Positions 11,318-23,373 of a stretch of DNA of 64,000 nucleotides are shown in pieces. Each line of letters opens with the position of its first letter. Within the stretch, counting starts at the first letter, position 1. Source of the DNA: Octopus sinensis (taxonomy: Eukaryota); NCBI RefSeq assembly GCF_006345805.1, contig NC_043002.1, forward strand, positions 81,902,001 to 81,966,000, given 5' to 3'. The position numbers and the translations under genes are program-made. The notes beneath the pieces are model-generated. The model did no database searches. It was not told the DNA's origin and saw nothing but the letters and a program-made list of their open reading frames with translations.

Positions 11318-11404
11318 GGTTGCTTGGAGGGCGATTCGTTTTACACACTGAGTCTTTTATGAGAACAGGATGTGGACTGGCGCTTGTGCTTTTCTGTAGG
11401 GCGT
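11318..11404 (-). other. Candidate 87-nt frame-preserving exon
   Basis: Acceptor tttgtgttattgcag, donor ACC|gtaagt; phase 1-1 frame open: (D)ALQKSTSASPHPVLIKDSVCKTNRPPSN. Confidence 0.35.
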
Positions 11405-12045
11405 CTGCAATAACACAAACCTCACATATAGCGAGGAAATATAGCCAATACTGGTACTTTGCTAACCTCGGTTCTTTACGTTCTAAGTTCAAAATCCCAT
11501 TGAGATGAAGTTTGGTTTTCATCCTTCTGGGGCCGATAAAATAAAGTACCAATCAAGTACGGGGGTCGGTGGCATTGCTTAACATCTTTTTACAAAAAAA
11601 AAAAAAAAACGGCCTTGTGCATAAATCTAAATTTTGAGCTGTTTCTCAAATGTTGACTAAATCGTGCTAGACACCAAAATGTTTTCCGTTAGAAAACATA
11701 TATACGGACAGAATCCAAATGGTATTCAGTTTCACTGCATTCTCGGATAACACAGCAAGGAGTCGGTATTTATTCTTTTGAAATGGATACTTACTTTAAA
11801 AAGAAGAAAAAAGTAACTCCTACCAAAGGTTAACGAGAGGTGGGGAAATCATAGATAAGAAGAGTGAAATAGCGATTCCTTTTTTTTTTTTTTATATAAG
11901 AGTGCGGTAATGAAATTTGAGAGTTGAACTAATGTGAAAGGAAATTGTGGCGGTCATGCCTTAACTACTAGGATTGACTTAAGTGTGTGTCTCTACGCAG
12001 TCGCTTGACCCGAAAGAAATAATCCAATAAGTGATATATATCTGT

Positions 12046-12530
12046 GTAGGCGCGCAGCCTAACGATTAGGGTGTTGCACTCACAATCGTAAGATCGTAGT
12101 TTCGTTTCCCGGGCCGGGCGGTGCATTGTGTTCTTGAGCAAAACACTTCATTTCACGTTGCTCTAAGTTCACTTAGCTGTAACTGATATTAACCCAGCGA
12201 CGGACCGGCGTCCTGTTCAGGGAGGGCAGGGGACTCGTGACATACCGGCAGTTTTTTTCCACCCCCAATGTACCAGGGACCTGTAATATTTCTTAGTAAT
12301 ATTAATTTATACTGGAAACAAGATCTTATATTAATTTTGTAAACAAATAATGCAGTATTACATAAGCATTTTATAATGCTTCTTTCTTTTCTGGAAACTC
12401 GCCGCGATCCGGCAGCTGATGGCTCGCGGACCGGCGCCACGGACCGCCACTTTGAGTTGCACTGGTATGCCATAAAAACCAGGTACCTGACTTCATGGGG
12501 CATTAGTGCTCAGGGGACTACTTTTTAATA
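12046..12530 (+). mobile_element. SINE family D (tRNA-type head) interrupted by a hAT-like fragment
   Basis: Head similar to 29226-29535 and to the reverse of 36953-37249; the body breaks at ~12228 and SINE-like sequence appears to resume after 12464. Confidence 0.65.
12228..12464. mobile_element. hAT/Charlie-like DNA transposon fragment, one terminus only
   Basis: Right end reverse-complements to CAGTGCAACTCAAAGTGGCGGTCCGTGGCGCCGGTCCGCGAG, a hAT-like terminus with GGTCCG/CGGACC subterminal motifs; no partner end or TSD found. Confidence 0.5.
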
Positions 12531-13304
12531 GGTACATTACACTCTACTACTGTTTTAAACAATGAAGTGCGTGTTAAGGTAATCCGAGGTTCACATCAAC
12601 GCTAGATTGTTATAGATCGAACTCCTTTGATCAGCGTGCTGGTTCGATCAGTGTATAACATGGGGGCTGAGCAGCAACAACAACAACAACAACAACAACA
12701 AAATTTTCCCAGTGTGAAAAGCCATAAATTTTTAAACGGTTGAGAATTGAACTCATAACCTTGAGTGAACTTCCAGTTAAATATATAATGGAACACTTAA
12801 TCCAACGCCGCGCTGTTTTTGTTATTCCAGTTGACTTCTGCTACCACCAACAACGTGCCTCTCTGTTCTAATACAATGGATTCGATATTTACAAGAAAGG
12901 AAAAGATGAGAGTGCGTGAGGGTGATTGAATTATTTTCTAATGATATTTCATTAACGGTGTGAGAGAGATGGATTGACCGTAATTGGAAATCGAAACCGG
13001 GTCGAAGATTAGGCACGTGGGAACTCGCTTCCACATCGGTAGAGGTGCCAGTGAAATAGCCTTTCTATTTAGACATCCAATCTACTTGAGATGGCAGTCG
13101 AATCTTCAACACTAATGCTATCGTAAACATTAGTACAAACTGAGGTAATGTCACTCAGAAAGCCCCGTGGACCGCACGTTGTCCATTCTATAACTGCATT
13201 AGTATGATGTTGATTGTACTAGAAATGGCAGCCAAATCTTCAAGACCAGCGCCATCGTCATTAAACGAGTATAGTGTTGATAACGAACGAGCAACATACA
13301 CTGA

Positions 13305-13488
13305 TTTTCGTCTGCCGTTATGTTCTGAGTTCAAATTCCGCCAAGGTCGACTTTCCTTTTCATCCTTCCGGGGTCGATAAATTAAGTACCAGTTACGCAC
13401 TGGGGTCGATCTAATCGACTTAATCTCTTTGTCTGTCCTTGTTTGTCCTCTCTGTGTTTTTAGCCCCTTGTGGGTGGTAAAGAAATAG
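13305..13488 (+). mobile_element. SINE family B, B1 tail, 5'-truncated
   Basis: B core followed by TTTGTCTGTCCTTGTTTGTCC...CCCCTTGTGGGTGGTAAAGAAATAG. Confidence 0.9.
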
Positions 13489-13769
13489 ATATACATACAC
13501 GACGTGATGGGTCCGACACGGTCAGAGCTGGCTTCGTGCTAAACAACAAAGACTGAATAATTCTTTTTAAAACCTAAAATCCGTTTAGGTGACATCGCCT
13601 ATGCTTTTCCGCATTGTTAGAAAATTATCGATAAACTTCGAATACCAAACAAGATCATATATTTTATTTTATTATATCAATATAGGCTAAAAATCTATTA
13701 AAATAGCTGCGGACATTGCGTTTTTAAGGTTAAATCGATTCTTTACACAATTCTCTTGTACAACCCCCA

Positions 13770-13824
<55 letters not shown>

Positions 13825-13827
13825 TTC

Positions 13828-14211
13828 TTCATCTTATACCTGTTTCAGTCATTGGACTGCGGCCAAGCTTGGGCACCCCTTGAAGGGTTTTCAAACGGAT
13901 CGACCCCAATACTTTATTTGTTTTTTGAAACCTGCTACTTACTTATTCTGGCCGTCTCTTTTTGCCGAACCACTAAGTTCTGGAAACATAAACAAACCAA
14001 CACCGATTGTCAAGTGATGGTAGGGGGACGAGCACAGCGACACACACGCGACGGGCTTCTTTCAGTTTCCGTCTACCAAATCTACTCACAAGGCTTTGGT
14101 CGGCACGAGGCTGTAGCAGAAGATGCTTATCGAAGGTCCCACGCAGTGGGACTGAACTCGGAACCATGTGGTAGGGGAAACAAGCTTCTTTCCACACAGC
14201 CACGCCTCCGC
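13828..14211 (-). mobile_element. SINE family A, near full length
   Basis: Colinear with 23374-23750; retains many CpGs. Confidence 0.85.
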
Positions 14212-14344
14212 TTATGTTGTGTTCTAATCTATTTTATATCACTCGTATTTTCTTCTTCTTTCTCTCTCTATCATTTAAAAAAAATTTTAGTATTTTCATA
14301 CGTTCCAGCCATGTGACTGCGGTCATGCTGGAGCATGGCCCGTA

Positions 14345-14465
14345 TGATCTCCATTTGTTAACGTTATCGTTCTCTCACCACCTCCCTCCTTTACGCGTTC
14401 TCCCTCTCTCTCCTCCGCGCACGCACTCGTCTTCCCCGCGGGTAAAGGCGATGTAGGCGTGCTGA
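14345..14465. promoter_or_regulatory. CpG-rich promoter-like segment with possible first-exon donor
   Basis: Dense CpG in non-repeat sequence (ACGCGT, CCGCGCACGC, CCCCGCGG); CGG|gtaaag at 14441/14442; long pyrimidine-rich tract follows. Confidence 0.35.
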
Positions 14466-14990
14466 AAGTTATGTTTTTTCACAAACCAAGGGAGGTAATA
14501 CCATAACAATTACACCACACCTAATCTAAACAGCCGCACTTGGTGGAGATTCAATTTATTCCATTTCATTATATTTTATTTTATTTTATTGATTTTTTGT
14601 GGCAGTAATTAACGCACGCGCTTCTACCTCACTGTTTTCCATCCTTGCGTGTTTCTTTATCTATTTTAATTTTATATTTTTCACATTTTTTTCTAGCTCT
14701 TTTCTCGTCTGTCTGTCTTTATTTCACTTTCTTTTTTCTTTAGTTTAAACAATTTTTATGTTTCTCGTTCTCTTAAATTTCTTAATCCTGTCTCTTATTT
14801 TCTTTTCTTCTCTGTTTCCGCCCCTCCTCCTTTTCTTCTTCTTAATATTCATCTTTTAAATCTCTTTCTTACCTAATCAATCTGTCTATCTCAGCCTCTC
14901 CGGCTGCCAATCTGTCTATCGAGCTGTCTGCTTATCTTAACCGTCTGGCTGTCTATCTCCCCCATCTGTCCGTCTATTTTTTTTCCAGAC

Positions 14991-15014
14991 TATCTATCTA
15001 TCTATCTATCTATC

Positions 15015-15050
<36 letters not shown>

Positions 15051-15051
15051 C

Positions 15052-15090
<39 letters not shown>

Positions 15091-15115
15091 CCTACCTACC
15101 TACCTACCTATCTAC

Positions 15116-15146
<31 letters not shown>

Positions 15147-15192
15147 CCTATCTATCTACCTACCTACCTATCTATCTATCTATCTATCTATC

Positions 15193-15230
<38 letters not shown>

Positions 15231-15240
15231 GCCACCTATC
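14991..15240 (+). repeat. (TATC)n/(TACC)n tetranucleotide array
   Basis: Directly visible, ~250 bp. Confidence 0.95.
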
Positions 15241-15678
15241 CCTGACTTATTTCTCTGTCTCTCTATATGTATGTATGATATATATGTAGATATCTATATT
15301 CGTTATTTCTTTACACCTACCTACAAATGCTTGGTCTATATGAAAACACACAAAAATATCTTTGGAAAAAAAAAAAAAAAACAAAAAAAGAACAAGCTAA
15401 TCTCTTGTTTTCATCTTTTTGTCTACATTCTGTCCCCGCCACCGCCGTAAATATGTATAATTGTGTTTGAAACTATTATTTAATGAGACAAGTAATCACA
15501 TTTAAAGGTATCGCTAATTAATTGAAATGATTTTACTTGTTTGGAATTTGATCTTTTAATTTTCACTTTTCTTTGTTTTTGTTATTCGTTTTACTTTCTT
15601 TTAGTTTGTTTATTGTTTTTTGTTAATTGGTTTCTATGATTGCTGTTTCAATTTATTCTAATTATGTGTGTGTTTGCA

Positions 15679-15727
<49 letters not shown>

Positions 15728-15758
15728 AATAATGTGTGTATATATATATATATATATA

Positions 15759-15795
<37 letters not shown>

Positions 15796-15841
15796 TGTGT
15801 GTGTATATGTATATATATATATATTATATATATAATATATA

Positions 15842-15883
<42 letters not shown>

Positions 15884-15890
15884 TAAATAA

Positions 15891-15941
<51 letters not shown>

Positions 15942-15955
15942 TGTGTGTGTATATA
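15679..15955. repeat. Compound (TA)n/(TG)n array with higher-order unit
   Basis: AAATAATGTGTGT recurs four times, separated by (TA)n. Confidence 0.9.
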
Positions 15956-17079
15956 TTTCTTCGTCATATTTGTGAAAATTCATTTAAGAAACCGAGCACT
16001 TCATCAGTGCCGGTGTTTCACAGCTATGGGGCTTTTTGGTCGAAGTAATTAAAGCTTCTCACAGGACTGACTGTATGTGGCAATAAGCTGATAGTGTGAT
16101 GTTGCGGTTGAAACAGTAGGAAGGAAGGAAACGAATGACTTGACTGACTCAGGAGAGGGTAGCCAAGCATCATGCCATCTCCATAGTCACTTCTCTCTCT
16201 CATATACACACACACACACTGCTTTCTCTCTCTCTCTCTCCCTCCCTCAGTAGAACAATGTTGTCGACGTGATGATGGTAATGTTGCATAAAGCCAGCAG
16301 TTTTGAGGGCGGAGGGGGGGAAACTTCATTCGATTACATCGACTTCAATACTTGAATGGTAATTTATTTTATCGACTCCCCCCCTCTCCCCCGAAAGGAC
16401 GGAAAGGCATAATCGACCTCGGTGGGTGGGTGGGGTTGAGGCGGACAAATATTGCGAAGCATTTTTGACCGACATTCTGCCAGTCCACCGTCCTTTTTAG
16501 CAATAATAGCAATTGTGATGATGATGATGATGATGATGATGATCCTCTTTACTATAGGCTTAAGGCCTGAAATTTTGTGGTACGTAGTTAGTATGAGGAT
16601 TTCTTTATCTGCCACAAGGGCGACATCTGAGAGGACATAAGAAATAAAGGAGCACTGATGATGAAGGCGTAACAAGGGCTTGGGATTCGGCTATTGTAGC
16701 GCTGTTTAAAGTTTCGGTAGATGTAATGGAGGGGGGTAGTTGGAGAGAGAAAATGATAGAAAAGTAGAAGAAATAATGAGGTGGGGGTGGATTAGAAAAG
16801 CGAGAGACTAAGACGTGTGAGAGAAAGACTATGATAATAACAAGGGAAGAAAGGAAAGAAAAGAAAAAGCGGGTGAGAAAAGGTAAAAATATGGAAGAGA
16901 GGGAGAGGGGTCGGAGGTAGAAATAGTGAAGTGGGAGGAAGAGAGAGAGTAAGGTGGGGGAATGTTTAGAAAAGTGAAGGTTGTCGAAGAAGTGGCGAAG
17001 GAGTTTTTTTTTTTATTTGTTTTTTTTTTCCCATTTGACAATGAACTTAAGGTAGCTAATTGTGTGCATGTGTTTTAAG

Positions 17080-17898
17080 TGAGGCCTTGTGTTTGGGGGG
17101 GGGGGGTGGGATGTGTGTGTGGGTGGTGGTGGTGGTGGGGGTTTAGAGCTGCTGCTGTAAGAAAACGGTTATGCTATTGTTGTGCCCTACAGCGAAGGTC
17201 TCCCGCCGAGACAATCAAGCCTTGCAAATGCAGAATGAGAGAGAGAGAGAGAGAGAGAGACATTTTCGGATAGCTAATTCATACAATGTTAACCATAACT
17301 TTCTTACCAGCTTTTGTCATCAGAAAAAACTGTGAATGAATGACAGTTTTAGTGTCTTTCGAAAATAAATAAAATAAAATAAAAATAATAAATATAATTT
17401 CTTTTTCTTTTCTTTTCTCTTTTTTTTTTTTTCATTTGTTTAGAAACACGGGTGGGTGGGTGGGTGGGTGAATTTTTTTTTTTGTCGATTTACATTTTTT
17501 CATTTTTTTTTTTTCACTTTTTACAAATTTTATATATTTTTTTTGTTATTGTTGCTATTATTGTACTTTGGGAAGAGAGAGAGAGAAAGAAGAAGAAAAA
17601 AAACCCAATTATTTCTTTCACTTGATTCTGTATTATTTTTTGTTTGTTTTCATTCAGTTTTTTTCTTTTACTTCCTTCCTACACCTCTCCTTCCTTCCCT
17701 TCTCCTCCCACATCGCCTCTCCCATCTTTTACTTTATCTCTCTCTCTCTCTCTCCCTCTCTTCATTTCTTTCTCCTTACCTACCTCTCCTTTTTTGCATG
17801 TCTATCTTATCTCACTATCTCAGTTCCTTCTCTTTACTTTCTCAATCACGCTCCACGCACACACATACACACATATATACATACATATGCATACACTT

Positions 17899-17931
<33 letters not shown>

Positions 17932-18400
17932 AAGATGTTGCTCTCTTCCTTTCTCTCATCTCCCTCCAAGACATTATTCCCATGTGTGTATAAAAGCTAC
18001 TAATTTTTACAGAAGTATGGCAATTGTGAAGTTTTGTTTTGCTTGCTTTCACTTCAAAATATTGTTTGCCACAAGCTTGCTTCATTCTCCCTCTCTTTTC
18101 TTCTTCCTCCTCGCAAATGGAGAGAGAGGAGGAGGAGACGGAGATGAGCGAAGGGGTGGAGAAAAGAAATTATATATTTGTATATTTTGATTTTGATTTC
18201 TCTTTGTGTTTTAAATGTCGGTGGTGGATTGGAGTCCGACTCCAGGAAATTTTCAGGCGATGTTTTCTTCCCACACCGCCCGCGCGGTTTTGGAAAAAGA
18301 AAGAAAAAAAATCATAATCTAAAAAATATATAAAATGATGCTGAAGTGAGATAAGCAGCCGACAGAGGCAACTAAGGTTAAGTTGCTTGTTAGTTGCTTG
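17080..18400. promoter_or_regulatory. CpG-retaining promoter-like region with G-tracts and GA/CT repeats
   Basis: CpG clusters at ~17190-17215 and ~18205-18290; (GGGT)5 at 17450-17468; donor-like AAG|gttaag at 18376/18377. Confidence 0.35.
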
Positions 18401-18762
18401 TTAAATTGCTTGTTAGATAGAGTTAAAGTTGCTTTGTAGTTTGCTTGTTTCTTTAATTTTTATTCTCTTCTGGCAGTGGAGGGGGAGGGGGAGGTATTGT
18501 TTTAATTATGCTAATTATTTCGTTCTTTCTTCCGCAATTGTTTGAGGGAGGGAGAGAGAGAGAGAGAGATGTAGTAGAAGCGGGGTGGCGGAGCAAATAA
18601 TGATAATAATAGTAAACAAATAGCAAATATGTTTCATCAAATATTTATTGTTTTGGTATCGGGGACCTGCGAAAGATAATTACACACTTATTGATTTTGT
18701 TTTTGTTTGTTAGTTGCTGTTAACTATAAGTGATTACACACACACACTCTCTCTCTCTCTCA

Positions 18763-18798
<36 letters not shown>

Positions 18799-19161
18799 CT
18801 CTCACTCACTCACACACACACACATACACATTCATACAAAACATACACGCACTCACGCACATACACGTGTCCACGCGCAAAATACAAATTTGCGCGTACG
18901 TACGTACGAGTACACCTTTTGTTTTTAATCACTGATATTGTTATTATCACAGCAGTTGTTGATATTGTCGCTGCTACTTTCTTGCCTACCAGCCATAGAA
19001 CATAGTATATTCATTATCGTTTGTTATTTTTCTCTGTTGTTATAAATCTCATTTGTCTCTTTCTGTTTTCTTGTAACACACACACACACACATACATTTG
19101 TGTATGTGCGTTTGTGTATATACATACAGGTATACATACTTATATATATGTGTGTGTGTGT

Positions 19162-19352
19162 GATAGGTAGATATGTTGATAGATAGATAGATAGGTAGGT
19201 AGGTAGATAGATAGGTAGGTAGGTAGGTAGATAGATAGATATAGATAGATAGGTAGGTAGATAGATAGATATAGATAGGTAGGTAGGTAGATAGATAGGT
19301 AGGTAGGTAGGTGGATGGATGGATGGATGGATAGGTAGGTAGATAGATAGGT
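19162..19352 (+). repeat. (GATA)n/(GGTA)n tetranucleotide array
   Basis: Directly visible; opposite orientation to the 14991-15240 array. Confidence 0.95.
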
Positions 19353-19734
19353 AAGATATACCTGCATGCATTTTTATTTTTAAAGTTTTTTTTTCTTTGT
19401 TCACCCAAAATTATTTCGATTAAATTAAAATCAATTTCACTTTATTTTTTTTCTTCTTCTTAATTACATATGATTTGTTTCACTTAATTATTTTCTTATT
19501 CTTTTACCCTTTCTTCCTCGTCGTCGTTGTCGTCCTTCTACGATTGAGATATAATTTTGGTGTCAGTGGTACTTTGCTAGTGGTTTTGGTGGGGTATAAT
19601 TATCAGTATTAGATTACTATAGAAATTTGTTACGTTATTATTTGCAAGCTATGTAAAATAAAATATAATAAAATAAAATAAAATAAAATAAAAATTTAAA
19701 AAAAAACATAGTAAACAAAAAGTAATGATGAAAG

Positions 19735-19885
19735 TAAAGCTGCCGAGATAAAGCTCCCGGCGAGCAGACGTGTGTCGGAGTCATTTCACTTCACTTCACT
19801 TTTTAAGAAAATAAATATTAAACGACCGTCTATTTTATACATTGTCGCAGTCCCTTAACATACTCGGGCTTAATTTCTGTGAAAA
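19735..19885 (+). promoter_or_regulatory. Candidate TSS and non-coding first exon
   Basis: CpG-rich motif, Inr-like TCATTT at 19781, donor AAA|gtaaca at 19885/19886; CpG becomes scarce shortly downstream. Confidence 0.35.
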
Positions 19886-20528
19886 GTAACAATTAAATAT
19901 TTAGTTTAGAAGGTGGAATAATAATAATAATCGTTGGTGTTGTTGTTGTTTAGCCCTAGGCGAAGCCCCTGGCTGAGTAGGCAGACCTATGATTAAAAGA
20001 TGAAAAAAAGTGTTTCAGACATGGCGTATCTTCTGAGGTTACGTTATTCAACGTGTCCTTTCTTCCTTTCTTTCGCAGATGGTAGGCTGTAATTTAGAGG
20101 TTTGGTTGCTGCTTCTAGCATTGTAAACAATCATATAGAGCCTCTCTATCATTTCGTTCAAGTAATGTTAGTAGTAGGTGAGAGGAGTTCACTGGGTGAA
20201 TTGAGTCCATGACCCAGTTTTAGTACTCAGGTGCCACTATTTCTCATCTCCTCTCCATCTCCCCCTTCGTTGCTGATTCCTTTGGGGGAAGAAATATGGT
20301 TGTTGTCTTCTGCTGCCAATTCCTTATCTTGTAATCTTTCTTCAAGGCTTTGTACTAAATCATTTTCAGAGCAAGTGTGTTAGTACAAACAACATGACAA
20401 GCCACACAGAATGTGACATCTTTCTGTATTCTTCATTCAGAAGAAACAGGAGATGTAAAATTTATACTTCGCATTCATTACTTCTCACTGAGATTGAACT
20501 TGCTGACATTCACTGAATGAACTTTAAA

Positions 20529-20893
20529 AGCATGGTTGTGTGGTAAGAAGCTTGCTTCCCAATTTTGTGGTCTCAGGTTCAGTCGCACTGTCTGGTACTT
20601 TGGGTGAGTGTCTTCCATTATAACCCTAGGCTGACCAAAGCTTTGCGAAGGGATCTGGTAGATATGGAAGCTGAAAGAAGCTTGTCATGTGTGTGTTTGT
20701 ATGTCTTTGTCCCTTAGCTCTGCTTGACAAACTGGTGTTGGTTTGTTTATTTCCCTATGACTTGGTGGTTCAACAAAAGAGATTGATAGGATAAGTACTG
20801 GGGGAAATTTTGTTCAACTAAATCTTTCAAGGTGGTGGTGCTCCAGCAAAAACTGCAGTCCAATGGCTAAAAAACATGCATAAGATAAAATAG
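20529..20893 (+). mobile_element. SINE family A, diverged and CpG-depleted
   Basis: Colinear with 30596-30980, with TG/CA at most CpG positions. Confidence 0.8.
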
Positions 20894-22543
20894 AAATACA
20901 AGTTCACTCTGGGGTTTGCTTTTGACTTTGACATATATTGATGTGAGAGGGGGTTTGATCAATTGTAGGTGCCTTGTAGTATGCTCCTAGCTCAGAACAA
21001 TCGGAGATTAATTCCCTTTCAGAAGTGATTGTCACTTAAAAGGTGAAAAAAAAAAAAAAAAATGAAACAGAAGAAAACAGTTTTAGTCTTCTCTAATTCA
21101 GCTATCAATGAAGTAAAGATTATGTTGTTGTTGTTTTTTTTTAATCCTTGCTAATCTCTGGACAAACTATATACAAATCTACTTGTCGATCAACGCCACT
21201 ACTTCCCATATCTCCTACTGTAGACTAATATCAGTCAGTTACATATGAAATCATCATTTTTAATGATTTGTATGTCTGTATGTGGGTGTGTTTGCTCCAT
21301 TACTATCGCCAGCGCTTCATTTCTGTATTATAACGATTTTTTTCCTTTTTTTTTTTATATATATATATATTTTTTATTTTTTACATTCTCTGCTTCTCAA
21401 TCAATATGGCTTATTTGATTGGCTATTGATTGATTATTTTTTTTATAGTTTGTCGATACAATTCTGTCTGGTAACTGTTACTGGGTTTTTTTCCCCACTT
21501 CTTTTATACAGCTTGTTTTTTTTGTTTTTTTTCTAAAAATTATCTCATTCCACTTGCTCCCCCACCCCCACCATGAATGTGTGTATGTGTATATATTCTA
21601 CTACCTCACATAGTATTTGATTGATATTCTTGTTTCCTCTCTGACCAATGTTGCTAACGTTTTCAAACCAATCTTGTTTAGAAGTTTCAATGTTAAATAT
21701 CAAGACGGTTATCAAATGCTATGTATTGAACTGGTGTGGTGGGGTGGGGTGGGGGTTGCCGTGTCCTCTCACCTTAATGTGGGAAATTATACATTCTTCA
21801 AATGACCCTAGATGAATTAAAGTTAATTTAAAAATTAATATGTAGACAGTTGAAGTCATACATTTGATCTCGCTGTGAGATCAGGCTCTGTGACAAAACC
21901 CCAGCCTCCACTCCCTATTCCCACTACTATCATCACCAGACAGCTTTTAGTTAAGATTGAACCTGTTCAGCTTTGCAGCCCTTATGCCCCACCAGGATTC
22001 CCTTGTGACTGTTAGTAGTTAAGAATTATCAAAATGTAGACAAGATTGTGCCAGTCAGAACTAATTTACATAATGGTACAAGGTTGAATGGCTTCATTCT
22101 AATTACTTAGAATACCAACACAGCATGGACTATGAATAAGTCTATGTGTAATGGAGTCAATATTCTGGTTTCTCCAGTTTTTCTATGTTTCTCTCGTAGC
22201 TTCTAAAGAGAAGGCTCCTGTTAGGAAGCCTGGTTTGCAACCACTTGATTTTGAGTTCAGTCTCACCGTGGAACACCTTGGAGCATGTTCCTTATTCTAT
22301 ATCCTCATGCCACCCAATGCCTTGTGAATGAATTTGGTTGATGGAAACCATGTAGAAGCCATGCATGTGTGTCTGTTCCTTACCATCACTTGATAAAGAC
22401 AAGCATACATTTTGCACCAAAAGCCAATATAAGAGTTTCTCTCGTGGTATCTTCTGCAGTATAGTTTGTTCTAATAGAACATCCAAATGGGAATAAATAT
22501 TACCTCACTGTATCAATACTGCCTCTGTCACTAATATGGGTGT

Positions 22544-22598
<55 letters not shown>

Positions 22599-22619
22599 AT
22601 ATATGTGTGTGTGTGTTTG

Positions 22620-22892
22620 ATGCTGGTACCATGTTAAAAGCACTAGTGATTGTGCCACTTGAAAAGCACCGGTGATGGTGCCACTTAAAAGGCGCTAGTG
22701 ATGATGCCATGTAAAAAGCACTCAGTACACTCTATAAAGTGGTTGTCTTTAGGAAGGGCATCCAGTTGTAGAAACCAAGCCAAAACACTATGAAACCGCC
22801 AGATGCAGCTCCTGGCCTTACTAGCTGCTGTAAAACCGTCCAGCCCACGCCAGTATGGAAATTGAATGTTTGATGATGATGATATTGATGAT
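22620..22892 (+). mobile_element. SINE family C
   Basis: AAAAGCACTCAGTACACTC...AGGAAGGGCATCCAG...(GAT)n tail. Confidence 0.75.
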
Positions 22893-23373
22893 GACAGTTG
22901 TGTGTGCTTGTGCATATATAAAGTACTAAGGTTGATTGTTTGGCTTAAACCCCTTTTGGGCACTGCCCCAACATAGCTGCAGTCCAATGGCTGAGACATG
23001 TAAAAGATAAAAGACAAATTTTGAAGGTTATAGTTATTGTGTGTGTGCGTGTGTGCGTGCGTTTCAAGGAACTCTGTGTTGTAGCTCAGTTACAGAATCT
23101 ATTGGCAAGCACTACCCTGGCTCAGTGCTCCTTTCTTCACTAGTCATATTGTCCTCCTTGCACTGAAACATTCAGTCCTTACTTCTCAGATCATTGGTGC
23201 TCAGAAATTCTCTCCTTGCTCATCTTTTCTCATGCAGCTGTTTTTGTAAATTGTTCAAGAGGAATATTAACTGTATTAATTTCACTGATTTTAGAAGCTT
23301 GCTAAGGTGAAAAGCACATCCCCCTTTTCTAGACAAGTACATGCCCTTCTAGACAAGCCATTACTCTTTTTTT

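Noticed and set aside
13756-14316. Longest ORF (186 aa)
   Set aside because: It runs through a (CA)n tract and an antisense SINE A; the same peptide fragments recur in ORFs over other SINE A copies.
15988-16020. Hammerhead ribozyme (CTGATGA and GAAA on the minus strand)
   Set aside because: Only 8 nt separate GAAA from CTGATGA, too few for stems III and I in a type-II layout; it is just a small imperfect hairpin.
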